DNA of 64,000 nt. Origin: Macrostomum lignano (Eukaryota). The DNA is taken from NCBI GenBank assembly GCA_002269645.1, contig NIVC01002722.1, forward strand, positions 1 through 64,000, given 5' to 3'. The position numbers and the translations under genes were made by a program. Of this stretch, positions 29,448-41,660 are shown piece by piece (the first letter of the stretch is position 1; each line of letters starts with the position of its first letter). The notes below the pieces were generated by a model that ran no database searches, was not told where the DNA came from, and saw nothing but the letters and a program-made list of their open reading frames with translations.

Positions 29448-32400
29448 CTAGCAGCTATCAAGACCCCCATCTCGATTCCAGTCTGTCTGTCTCGATCGAT
29501 TTCGGCTGTGCTGTTCCGCTGTACTATCATGAGCTGTGGCCGACTTGACCTCCGTAGCCGCCTCCGAAGAGTCAAACGTCCACGACTGCTCCTCAGCCGA
29601 AGCGAACAGTAGGTAGACTGTGCCAGCAATGAGCTGGGTGGCTGCAGCACTGCTCAAAGCGATCTGCCACTCCAGTTTCACTTGGTCAGTATCGTTGCTA
29701 TTGCTGCGAACGATCATAGCGGCTATGACTGTGGACATCATTCCTGCGGTTTGAAATTCGTTAGGAGTTCGTCAGCAATCTTGGAAAACAAAGCTATAGC
29801 TGGGTATCTTCTGCTAGCTCAATAATTCACAACTTTGAAATTTAGAAATGTGGGTTGATCCAGTGAATGTAAATATTAATGTTTGTGTCTTTGGACAATG
29901 GTTTTGGTCCTTGGACAACGGGTTTGTGTATTTGGACGATGATTTGGGTCTTTGAACCATCGTTTGTGTCCTTGAACAACGGTTTGTATTTTTCGACAAC
30001 GGTTTTGTGTCTTTGTACAATGGTTTATGACTTCGGACAATCGTTTGTGTCTTTAGACAGTGGTTTGTGTTTTTGGACATCGGTTTGTGTCTTTAGATAT
30101 TAGTTTATGTCTTTGGACAATGGTTTATGTCTTTGGGCATCAGTTTGTGTCTTTGGACATGGTTAGACAGTGTTTTAGCTTAAAAGTTTTTCTAAACTAT
30201 CAAAGGACGCTTGTTCCCCCAAAAATCCTTGGAGCTAAGTGGCTCTTCCATTTACGGCTGCTGTCCACAAGCAATCCGTTTGAAGTCACTTTCCTTGCCG
30301 TCGGCCTGCCCTGAGACTATAACAACCCGAAAAGAAACCAAAAAAAGCCGACAGTGATAATAAGAGTACACGCGCGCTCATAATTGCAGCGGAATCCGTC
30401 TTCTTGTGCCTCTGCTCGCTAAATAATTGATTGCTAACTAACTTCAGTACTTCACTTTCCTATGAGAGCAGCCGTTCCATGATGTGTGTAATCATCTTGT
30501 CGATGTTACTCGCTTTGTTGGGGAAAATTAGAGGGAGTTTGGGGCGATGCCGCTGGGATAAAACAAGTAATGTAATTGCCCTAATTAGGCAGAGTGAAGA
30601 GGCCTCAAGGGAATGAACGAAATAGGCCTGTTGCACCTTACTTTATTTGGCTATAAAGGAATTTCTCTTATCTTACCTGTGAAAGTGCTGATACTGTTGG
30701 CGAATCCCATCACTAATCCCGAAAAGTTTGGAGCCAAGTCGATCACGTTCACGGCGTAGCCCGCGACTGCCAGGCCAGAGAATCCTGAAATTTCAATTTT
30801 AATAATTGCACTGCCTTTTGCTGTCATGTTTGGCCGTGAACAGGTTGCAGCTTGCAAGCACATCGGTATGCAGGAGACGAGTCATCTATTATTTACGGAA
30901 ACTGCTGCTAAAATGCTTCAGGACCAACATCACTTCTGCCCAAGGCATGATAGGAAGCACATTTAAATACAAAAAGTAACATTTTCAAGACAATAGCACC
31001 AACTTCAAGATATTAAAAACAACTTCAAGACATTTAACAGCAGCTTCAAGACATTTAACACCACCTTCAAGACATTAACAACAACTTCAAGATAATATCA
31101 ACAGCTTCAAGACACTAACAATAACAGCAACTTCAAGGCAATAACTGCAACTTCAAGATAATAACAGTAACTTCAAGACAATAACAGCAACTTCAAGACA
31201 GTAACAACAACTTTAAGACAGTAACAACAACACAGTAACAACAACTTCAAGACATTTAACACCAACTCAAGGCAATAGCATCAACTTCGAGACAGTACCA
31301 AAATCAAGGCATTTAACAGCAACTTCAAGACAATAACAGAAACTTCAAGACAATAATGGCGACTTCAAGACAATAACAACAACTTCAAGACACTAACAAC
31401 AACTTCAAGACATTTAACACCAGCTTCAAGACAATCACACCAGCTTCAAGACAATAGCACCAACTTCAAGATAATATCACCAACTACAAGACATTAACAA
31501 CAACTTCAAGAAATTTAACGCCAGCTTCAAGACAAGAGCACCAACTCAAGATACTAACGACTTGAAGAAACTAACAACGACTTCAAGACAAGACCAACGG
31601 CTTCAAGACAAAAGCACAAACTTCAATACATTTAACACCAGCTTCAAGACATTTAACAACGACTTCAAGACAAAAACAACAACTTCAAGACAAAAGCACC
31701 AACTTCAAGACATTTGACACCAGCTTCAAGACAATAACACCAGCTTCAAGAGATCTACACCAACTTCCAAGGCAATAGCACCAACTTCAAGACATTAATG
31801 TCCTACATAGTCCAATAATTGATTATTGTTATTTAAGATGGTGATGAAGATAAGACAGTAAAAATACGAGCGTATAAAAAATTCTATCTAAAATGAAGGC
31901 ATAACAGACATTTACTGTACCAAGCCTGCAGTACAATAGACGATATTGGCTAAAGTACAACCATCACAGCTAACTGTGTGCCAACGCGAACAAAGCTGGA
32001 ACGATGCAGTGTCATCTTACAGCCTTGAGAAATCTAAGCTGCATTTTACGTAAAGGCTCGACTACTAAACTTAAGCTAATTCTTTTATCTTAATAGCTAA
32101 GACCATTTCCCGGCCCTCCCAAGACCATGAAGGTGTCAAGTTGGCTTCATCTACATCTGGCTGTCGACAAACCATTTCACGCTTGAACTGAAAACGCGTG
32201 GGAAGGTCTGAAGAAGAATGCTGAAATTTGACGACCTTGTTGGAGTCTTCATTTTCTTCTGTGGAACTTCCATGGAGACTGTCCTTCAGTATCAATGATG
32301 TTCCGCCAAAACTCTTGAAGAAACGAATCATCCAAATTTCATTCTCCTTAGTGTTCAAAGTGGTTGCAACCTCCATTTTGCTTCTCCAGCTCCGAATCAT

Positions 32401-35400
32401 ATCCAGCAGAAAGTCGCTATCATCCTTGCATGCAGTGTTTGCTCCTTTTCGCTGACCACGTGACTTAACCTGCCCGCTAATTGTACGCTTGGTCCAGCTT
32501 GTTTCCTTCAAGGGCAAATCTATAGTCTATGATATAAAATGGAGGTTTCATCCCCGGATCCTCATCTGTACAGTGTTCATCCTTCAAGAGCAAGAGTTTA
32601 GTCTATGGTATAGAAAGCGGTGCTTTGCACCTCGACAAACCCAATCTGTGCCGTGTGTGCTCGATTTACTGACATTTTAATAATAGTTGGTAATAAATAC
32701 CTGTACATTTCCCACCTTGTTTCAATGTTCTGTGGCCGCAAACGGTTGAGGACTCGTTTATTGTCCCACTCAAACTTATATCCACCGTTCATACCAGGTA
32801 TTTTTTGGCATGTCCGTTGATACTCTTATAATGCATTATGACTAATAATGCTAACTTCCTGGCTACCTGACCCCTCCAGCTCCAATGGTATTATCTGAAC
32901 GATATAAGCGGAGAGTGCACAGGCAACGATGATGAGGGTGTTGTAACCCGGGGGGAGCGCCACGCCTACGCCTCAAGGATAATCTGATTGACTGCTACAT
33001 CCCGTCGGACATGCAGAGTGAGGCGAGCAGAGATGGAAGAAAGAGAAGCGAACAGGGAGAGAGTGTGAGAGCCTGTTGAGACGGCGAGATTGTTGTGGAA
33101 AAAAACCTTGAAAAGGAGCAGCCGAGAGCTACGCTGAGCAAGCAAGGGGGGCTGCTGGGGGCGCAGGAAGATGGGAAACGTGATTATCGCCAGGGCATCC
33201 CAACAGAGAGCCCGGGGCCTCTCTTGAGCAGGAAGTCAAAGTCAGGCAGCGAGGAAAGACTTTCGAGCCTCTATGCTCTCAGTGTAAGACTCGGGCATTG
33301 CGGTGCGTCTCCCCTTTCCGACAATCTCCCGTGGAGCCCCCCCCCGGGCAAATACGGAGCAAAATAGAGCATAAAATGGCTTGACGCTTAAGTGGCCGGA
33401 ACGCAGAGCTGAGGGCGCGAGGCGAGATCGAATGTTGCTTCTCACCCAGTGAATGGAGCAGATTATATCCGTGAGATTATAAAAAAATTTCCCCACGTTC
33501 CAGCTAAAATCCTTCCGCGCTTGGTGTTTAATACAAGCCGAAATCTTTATCCCTCTCTCTCTCTTCTTCCCTTCGTCGCAACCGAATCCCATCTGGAGCC
33601 GGAAACTTCAAAGGGAAGCCGATCAAATATCCCCTATTGCTTTCGCAAGAGACGCTTGCGCCCTGCCGACAATAGTCTAGCTGTGCAGTTTTATCCAGTT
33701 TACTTTGCACTGCAGAAACTCCCTCTCTATATGAGACGAAATGAATTAGACTTGTTATTTGGATGTCTTTGATATCAGATAGGTAGACAGATAGGAAATG
33801 AAGACAAGAAACTGCCACACGAGATGGTGACTGTTAGTTGTGTTGCGTGGTTAGTGTCTCTTGAGTTTGACATAGACAATTTTAAAGCTTTAACGAAAGA
33901 GAGGCCACCCGAAATGAGTCACAAATTTAGCCGTAACTTTTGAGGTGAGTGCTTTATACTTGGATTGGAATCGATGATACAGCATTGGCTTTTACGGTAT
34001 GGGCCCAAGGACTACTTAAGTAACATATACGAGCGTATATAGGACGCTACACTCGAAATCTATGGGAAATGTTTTGAAGGCCACTTTTCGCCGAAAAATA
34101 CACTACAGAGATAGGAGGTTTTAATTTTTTCAGCACAATTATTGCTTTTGATAGGAGGCAGATCCAGTGTTCATCTTTTGATATGCTGTGCCTTTCTTAT
34201 TGCTCTATTGATATTCATAAAGCTTTTCGTTCAGAAATATTTTTAAAGGCAGGTCAGGTGACGAGGCAGGTTTCACCGGAAAAATACATTACGGAGATAG
34301 GAAATTTCACGATTTTCAGTGATTGGGTCTTTTAACAGTGTCAGAGAAAGTTCTAATCACACTATTTTGTGCCTCACATGCTGCTCTAACGACGCATTAA
34401 TCGATTTTTCTTGTTAAGTTGGTCTGTCACTTGAAAAAACCTTTAAAAGAATGTCAAGACCTTGAAAAAAGTAAAACCTCCTATCTCTGTAGTGTATTTT
34501 TCGGCGAAAAGTTGCCTTCAAAACTTTTACCATAGATTTCGAGTGTTGCGTCCTTCTACTTAAGTTGCCCTTGTAATGGGCCCCAGAGTCACTAGCTACT
34601 AGCTACTTTCTGGACACCACTCATAGGTAGACAGATAGCCAGAGGACACTAAAACAGATTGGCACAGACAGGCAGACAGACAGGCTACAGATGTCACAAC
34701 TACTAGCATGACCAGGTATACCGATAGACAGGCAGGCAAACGCACACAATAAAGTCTCTCACCTAGTGCTCCAGATAGCAGGATGGTTGCCCACACAGCG
34801 TCATTAGCGAATCCCAGTGCCACAAAGAAGATCGCCTTCAAGCCGAAGCCTAAGCCAGCCAAAAGTTTCCTGATGGTGGTCCACTGCAGGCTGGTTCGCA
34901 GTTTCAAAAAGTCAGCCAGGCATCCGCCTGAAGAAATAATATAATGAATATTGAATTTCGAAACAAAATGAATCAAATAACTCAGCATAGTTATTTGGTT
35001 GATGCTCTGTTGGAATGGTACAAAACATCTTGAAAAAACTTCTATTGGAATAAAAAAGTCAAACAGTCCGCCTGCTTGTAAGTGAAGAGACACTTATGTT
35101 TGCTATATTTGTGCGGCTGCATTGGGAAGCTCGAGAAACAACTCAAGCTCAGAAACTTCGCCCCAAGCCGCGCGTCATTGCGAAATTCATGAATTATTTA
35201 TCTGCAGCTTGCATAGCTCCTTCTCCATCGTTTCTTCATCCGCTGAATAGAAGGCCTAGTTGCCGACAATATCCTTGTGTTTATACTGTGTTGCTATCGT
35301 ACCAGATGTTTGTTGGAAGGGAAATGCAGAGAGGAGCATTAGTTGAACCAGCCTTCAACATCAAGTTGAACTGTAAGATTTCAATACTATATTTGTTCGT

Positions 35401-38400
35401 GTAGATATTCAATGGTTTTTTAGTCTTTAATAAACATAATAATAATTGATTACACCTGCCCTTAATAGGCAGATGTGAAAACGACAGCTCAGCCGCAGCT
35501 TTTGCGCGGCGCATCTGAAGACTGCGGACGGCTGTTCAGTCCAAGGACTGGGAGGTCGCCTCACGCCCTCAATTACCCCAGCTAATGCTGGCACCCATTT
35601 TACTGCTGGGTGAACTGAAGCAAGCAGTGTCTTGCTCAAGGACACAAATTGTTTCGAGTAGGTCGAGAATCGAACCTCGCACCTTTCAGTGGTGAGTCCG
35701 ACGCTCTAACCACTAGGCTGCAACCCTTCTTTATCAAGGCACATGTTTTAAGTTAGCATGAGTTATTATTAGTAACGAAACTTTAACAAGAGACATCTGA
35801 CGTGTTTAATTAAGTCGAATTGCTACACTGATTGAGCTGCAAACTAACCAAGCAAACAATCTAGCAAAATAAGACCGATTGATGAAATAAAACTAAAGAG
35901 AAAATTTCTGTTCAATGTTAGTTGTTAATTTTAGTTTTAAGTTAGACAATAATGCTTTTTGTCCTGTCCTCCCACTGTGACTGTTTGTTCAGGATGCTCG
36001 CTGTTTAAACAAAAATCACACAAACCTTGTCTTGCTAAAATCCATGCCATTAACAAATTGAATGCATTCAGCACTCAATTGGTTTATCTCTAAGTTTAAA
36101 AGCCCACTCACTGTTCAAACTACGTCGTATGACTGAAAACTAAAAATACAATAAGTACAGTGTAGTTTAAGTGATTGTCAATGTATGGGAAGGCAATAAA
36201 GTCTGATTTACGGTAAAACTACCATTCGGGGAATCCCACCCCAGACAATTTTTTGTTGCACCGGAATGGAGCAACGCAGGCACACGAACTTCCAGAACGC
36301 CGGCTACCTGTTTGTTGCACACCTTCTCAAACAAGAATCAAGTCACCAGCCCTGCGGACCGTCCAGATATTCGACGATTCTGCCAGAAGGTCGGAAGTTT
36401 CCCTTTAGCGCTAGTGTATTTAGTACACTTCAATCAGCACTGCGCCTCAGTGCAGCCCTGCCAAGCCTCCAAATTTCATCAGCACGTCGACCGCATGTGT
36501 CTGCATCAGCTCTGACTTCTTTTCTTATTGGCCTTCACCCAGGCGGAGCTTCTGGACCTTCAGCAGGTGACACCAGGTGACCATGGACACACTGTTGCAA
36601 TCAAGCCTTGACAGTATACAAACTTCAACTGCTGGACATCCTCAGCTGGTCATCCAAAAAAATTGTCAGGGGGAAGTTCGACGGGCGGAAAAATGGCTTA
36701 GTATTCCTACTGTTAATCCCCTATATGCCGCAATGCCTATTGACATAAGGGTTTAATGAGTTTTCATGGATCGCATCAAAAGTACTCTCGACACGGGGGT
36801 CGGTGGGTGTGGCACGACAGGTACGAGAACTGAGAGTTAGCTGCGTTACTCAATAAATAAAGTCACTATTTGCACGTTCACCAACTTTTTTGAGTCTACT
36901 TCGACAGTATAGAAATGTCCACAGCAGCTGGAGCTGCATGAGTGGCAGCGGAACTTTGCAGCCATAAAAACCATCATTATCACTTTTGCTGCCATCGCTT
37001 CACTGAGAACTTCCCTGGATAAACTAGATCCGCCTCTCCCTCCCTCTCTCTCTGCCCACTTCAGACTCGTATATCATTGGGAGAATCTAGTGCAAACCGT
37101 ATGCTCTGGTGAGCACTGTACCTGTTTTAAGGCAGTTTATTGGCCTAGAATAACGTCACTTAAAATGGCAAGTCTAATATATCATATTTAAATATGCGAG
37201 AACTGAGAAAGATTTATCCGAATTTTATGCATAGATTAGCATTATTAATATCCTGATCTTATTTACAAGCGTAATTTGATTAATTGCTTGGTAAATCCCC
37301 GTCCTGCCAAGCCGACAGTTACCGGTTTGGAGTTTTGCTTATCCGTGGCAGAAAGGTTTGCACAAAATAAATTGGCTGGCGAAAGGTTGTAAGCTGAAAA
37401 AGTGACTGATTAGCTAGTTAGTAGCACGGACAGAGTCTTACCGATTGGCACAAACAGTGACCTGGCCAGGAACGGAAATGATAGCAGGAATATGGTGTGA
37501 CCAACGTCGGTTTTGTACATCTGGTGATAGTAGCTCTGCATGCACACCGAGCTGATCTGGAAGGTCCAGTCGTCTGCTGCGTACGTGAAAAATATCGCAT
37601 AGACCTGTCTAGATTTAAAAATCTCCTTCCACGGTACTCGAAGACGCCTGTGCGCGTACAGGACCTTCTTGGTGACCGTCACTTCCAAGTACTGGCGCTC
37701 CTGTTTGCCCAGGTTCTTGTCCTTCAAGGGCTTCTCGTCGATCAGTCGCCACCAGAAGATGCACCAGATCAAGCCGATGTTGGCGTAGATGTAGAACACC
37801 ACCGCCCAGCCCCAGTGGTTCTCGATCTCCTGGCACACCGGCAGGCCGATCAGCGGACCGAGCGACACCCCGATGACGGCGAAGCAGAGCAGCGAGGATC
37901 GCTCACCTTCGGGTCCCCAGAAGCGCATCACACCAAAGACGGCCGGTATGAGGCAGCCTTCAGCCAGGCCCTGCATCAGTCGCAGCACTACAATAATCGC
38001 TATGGACGCTGAGATATCTGCCGCGATTTGCGTAACCAAGGGCAGGAACAGGTTGAGACCGCAGGTGAGCGCCACGGAGCAGCCGAGTAGCAGGGAGCTG
38101 TCGTGATGCACCGTCAGGTAGCCGCCAACAGGGCTAGCCACCAGGTAGCCGATGAACACCGAGTTCTCAATCAGATCGTTGGCGGTGTTCTGCCAAGGCA
38201 TCTGTCGGTGAGCGTTGGGCTGAAAGATTGAGGCGCTGCTGCTCGACCTAGCAACTGTGGCCGAGACGTTGGACTGCTTGTTCAAATAGTCCATGATGGC
38301 GACCATCTCCGCTCGCATGCCAATAACCACCGTCAGTCCGATGCAGCACAGCAGAGCTATCAGGTATCGTTTCCGACCGGGGCCGCAGCAGCAGAAGACG

Positions 38401-38519
38401 GGCCTCGATGCCGCAGCGCTGGCTGATGGCGTGTCAGCATGACCTGTGTGAGGGCAGTTCCTAGTTCTGCTAGTGCCGCTGCCGCTGTTGTTGCTGTTGC
38501 TCTCCGCGCTCCACATCAT
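29448..38519 (-). CDS. SLC17 / vesicular glutamate transporter-like MFS protein; exons 38519-37442, 34927-34763, 30784-30677, 29743-29448
   Basis: KRYLIALL..IGMR, GYLV..VGGYL, RLMQGLAEG, FWGPEGERS, VPWKEIFKSRQVYAI, GGCLADFL, GFSGLAVAGYAVNVIDLAPNFSG; phase-1 junctions consistent. Upstream exon cannot be excluded. Confidence 0.85.
29875..30170 (+). repeat. ~20-bp minisatellite (tttgtgtctttggacaatgg)
   Basis: Visible degenerate tandem units in the last intron of the SLC17-like gene. Confidence 0.85.
30985..31800 (+). repeat. ~20-21-bp minisatellite (caacttcaagaca core)
   Basis: About 40 degenerate units. Confidence 0.88.
34007..34572. mobile_element. MITE with ~110-bp terminal inverted repeats
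   Basis: aggacgctacactcgaaatctatgg..cttttcgccgaaaaatacactacagagataggaggtttt mirrored at 34455-34560; related fragments near 39570 and 54490. Confidence 0.75.
35435..35726 (-). mobile_element. tRNA-derived SINE copy
   Basis: Reverse complement of the 44078 copy including A/B boxes and tail. Confidence 0.85.
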
Positions 38520-39269
38520 TCGATTGTCCGACCTGTCTGTCTCTGATAGTCCATGCAGACTCACGATGGGTCTACAGAACTGGGTAGGCAAGCAGAATGA
38601 TTTTAAGAACGCTGTTTCGTAGACAGAAGAAAAGCACCTTAAAGGGGAAGCGATGCTTCCATCCGACGGCTGCTCCAACCTCACACTTTCCTGCCCGAAA
38701 GTTTGAGGATTTGACTGAGTTAAGCTCAGCCAATAGTGAGAGCCTAGGCTTTAGTCTCTTGCGCAGCAGACTTCACCTAGGCCTTGTGGACACTGGATTG
38801 CTGTCGCCCTCAACCTCCTCTCTCGCAGCCTTTCTCCTTGCTTCTAGCAAAGACACACACAAACACGCGCTCACACACACGCACACGCACAAGCTCGCAT
38901 GCAAACTCGCCGTCTGGTCGCTTATCGAAGCAGAGAGTCACCAGAACTGGCGTTGCCACCCAGCGGAGCGTGACAATGAGCTTCCGCTGGGGCTCTCCTC
39001 CTCTCCCAGTGCCACCTAGGCTCTGCGTCCGCTCCCCTCTCCCCTTCGCTGTCTCCTTCTCTCTCTGCCTCTCGTTCCTCCGCCAACATAAATTACGCTT
39101 GTACAAATGCGACGCAAACGAGGGGCAAAGCTTGAGTAGTACTCGTATTAGTAGTATGCGTCCCCATAGCGTCCTGGTTTTCAAGGATAAATTTCGTGTT
39201 CCGATGCAGTCTTAATTTACGTAAAGCGATTTTCAATGAATTCGTGTTGTATATACCAGCAGCTCAATA

Positions 39270-39445
39270 ATGATAATAATAATAATAATAATTGATTACA
39301 CCTGCCCTATTGAGCCAGATGTGCAACCGACAGCTCAGCCGCAGCTATTGCGCGGCGCATCTGAAGGCTGCGTACGGCTGTTGGTTGTCGCCACACTCAC
39401 CCTCAATTACCCTAGAAGGTCGAGAATCGAACCTCCGACCTTTTA
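39270..39445 (-). mobile_element. Internally deleted SINE copy
   Basis: 3' body and (ATT)n tail joined to the B-box region. Confidence 0.7.
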
Positions 39446-40419
39446 GTACGGACTACTTAATTGTCGTAAATATAGAACGCGACACACGATTCGTGTAATT
39501 TTTTGGAGGCAGAATTTTTCTTAGCGTATACTATAGCAGGCATGGACGTTTTGTGCGTGACGTGTCCTTCTACTTAAGTAGCCCGTGTCTTTTAGTTGTG
39601 AGTCGGAAGCTCTACTAGGTTGCCAACCTCAACTAAGGTTGCAAACTGTAACTAATGCAAGGACGACTAAAGTACCAATATATAAGTAGTAGTCCTTGAT
39701 CTAAAACTGTGTTAGGATTGGAGAAGGCACTCGCAGAAGTATCTTTGCTGTGCTAAAACTTACCTAATAATACTGAGTTCCCGCTACTTTCTTCTCAATA
39801 GGGCAGGGAAAGCCCTTTGATAAAAGTTATTTCTCTAATAGCTGATACTGTTGGTTCTTGTCGCGCAACCCGACGCAAATCTCTAATGAGATATTGTAGA
39901 TCGCTGAGAATCAAATTCACCTGTAGACTTTTCTTCAAGGACTGATTGATTTTAATAATTTTATTTTCATGTTTGTAAATCTTCTGTCGCACGCAAAAAT
40001 ATAAAGACACACGGAGATTAGAAAAATAAATTTAAAGAATTTCTAAGAAATCCGTGCATCTTTCTTGCAAATCCATCCACCCCACTGACAAAGTCTCCAA
40101 GGTCCCAAATGGGATTTCTACAGATTGAACACGGGACAAGAGAAAAACAGGACAACAACAATTCTCCTGTTGAATCACGCGAGCCAAATCTTTCAGATGT
40201 AAGATTCTAATTCCGCTTGCAATCCTGATCTGCTTTGAGCGTTTTGAGCAGCTGTGTTATTAACAAAATCTGCTGAGGCTCATTATTTTTGGCTAAGACT
40301 TGTTTAGCATTCTAGCAAATTCTTTTTTAGGAAATTTTTTGCTCACATTGGAACATGCATCACATGCATATTGTGTTATTACTTTTATGCAAAGAACTCT
40401 AATAACTCTCCTGCTTGTG

Positions 40420-40735
40420 TCACTCTAATGATTCTCACGATTGTGTCACTCTAATGACTCTTACGTTTACGTCACTCTAATGATTCCCATGCTTGTGTCA
40501 CTCTAATGATTCTCATGCGTGTGTCACTCTAATGATTCTCACGCTTGTGTCACTCTAATGATTCTCACGCTTGTGTCACTCTAATGATTCTCATGATTGT
40601 GTCACTCTAATGATTCTCATGATTGTGTCACTCTAATGATTCTCATGTTTGTGCCACCCTAATGATTTTTACGAGTGTGTCACTCTAATGATTCTCACGC
40701 TTGTGTCACTCTAATGATTCTCATGTTTGTGTCAT
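40420..40735 (+). repeat. 26-bp minisatellite (gtgtcactctaatgattctcaygctt)
   Basis: About 12 tandem units. Confidence 0.9.
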
Positions 40736-41261
40736 GATGCAAATGCAAAGTGCATAGAGAAATGCATAGAGTACTCTTAAAACGCAAAAAGTACAGGTTC
40801 AACTTAAAGAACTAGCAGGAAGGGAATGAAAACCAGCCCAAGACAGACGCAGCTTAGATTAGATTAGTCAGAGCTTAGAAATTTCGATTAGAGAAACAGA
40901 TTAAGCCTATTACTATATAGATGCTTTCTAATTAATGCATTCGCACATCTGCGATACTCACTCACCCCGGGGGCTTAAGGTTTCCTGCCAAGCTCCCGAG
41001 CTTCATCAACCCGCATCCTTATCATCCAAGGCTTCCTATTCCATCGAAAAGCAGAGCTACTCAATCAACCTAAGAATGCGCTCACTGATTGCCTGCATGG
41101 GTTTTGTTCGGGTTTTGCTCGGAAGACATCAAATAAATGAATAGATTTGATTTTTTAGCCAAATTTTATCAGAAAAATCTCTGCTAATGCTAATGCCAAA
41201 TGCACTTTGTACAGCTTGAATTTTTCGTTCACATTTGGATGCTTTCTAGCTTTGCTGAATT

Positions 41262-41660
41262 TCTGGCGCCCCTGGTGCTGGCGCCCCTGGAGCTGGCGCC
41301 CCTGGTGCTGGCGCCCCTGGAGCTGGCGCCCCTGGAGCTGGCGCCCCTGGAGCTGGCGCCCCTGGAGCTGGCGCCCCTGGAGCTGGCGCCACTGGAGCTG
41401 GCACCCCTGGAGCTGGCGCCCCTGGAGCTGGCGCCACTGAAGCTGGCGCCCCTGGAGCTGGCGCCCCTGGTGCTAAAGCCCCTGGTACTAAAGCCCCTGG
41501 TGCTAAAGCCCCTGGTGCTAAAGCCCCTGGTGCTAAAGCCCTGGTGCTAAAGCCCCAGGTGCTGGCGCCCCTGGTACTAAAGCCCCTGGTGCTAAAGCCC
41601 CTGGTGCTAAAGCCCTGGTGCTAAAGCCCCAGGTGCTAAAGCCCCTGGTGCTAAAGCCAC
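41262..41660 (+). repeat. 15-bp minisatellite (ctggcgcccctggag grading into ctaaagcccctggtg)
   Basis: Tandem units; produces spurious PLELA/PLVLK ORFs. Confidence 0.9.

Noticed and set aside
32935-33400. Possible solo LTR starting TGTTGTAACC
   Set aside because: No second copy, TSD or primer-binding site identified.
36312-36515. NB-ARC-like FCQKVGSFPLAL motif
   Set aside because: Isolated short match without Walker motifs or an open frame.
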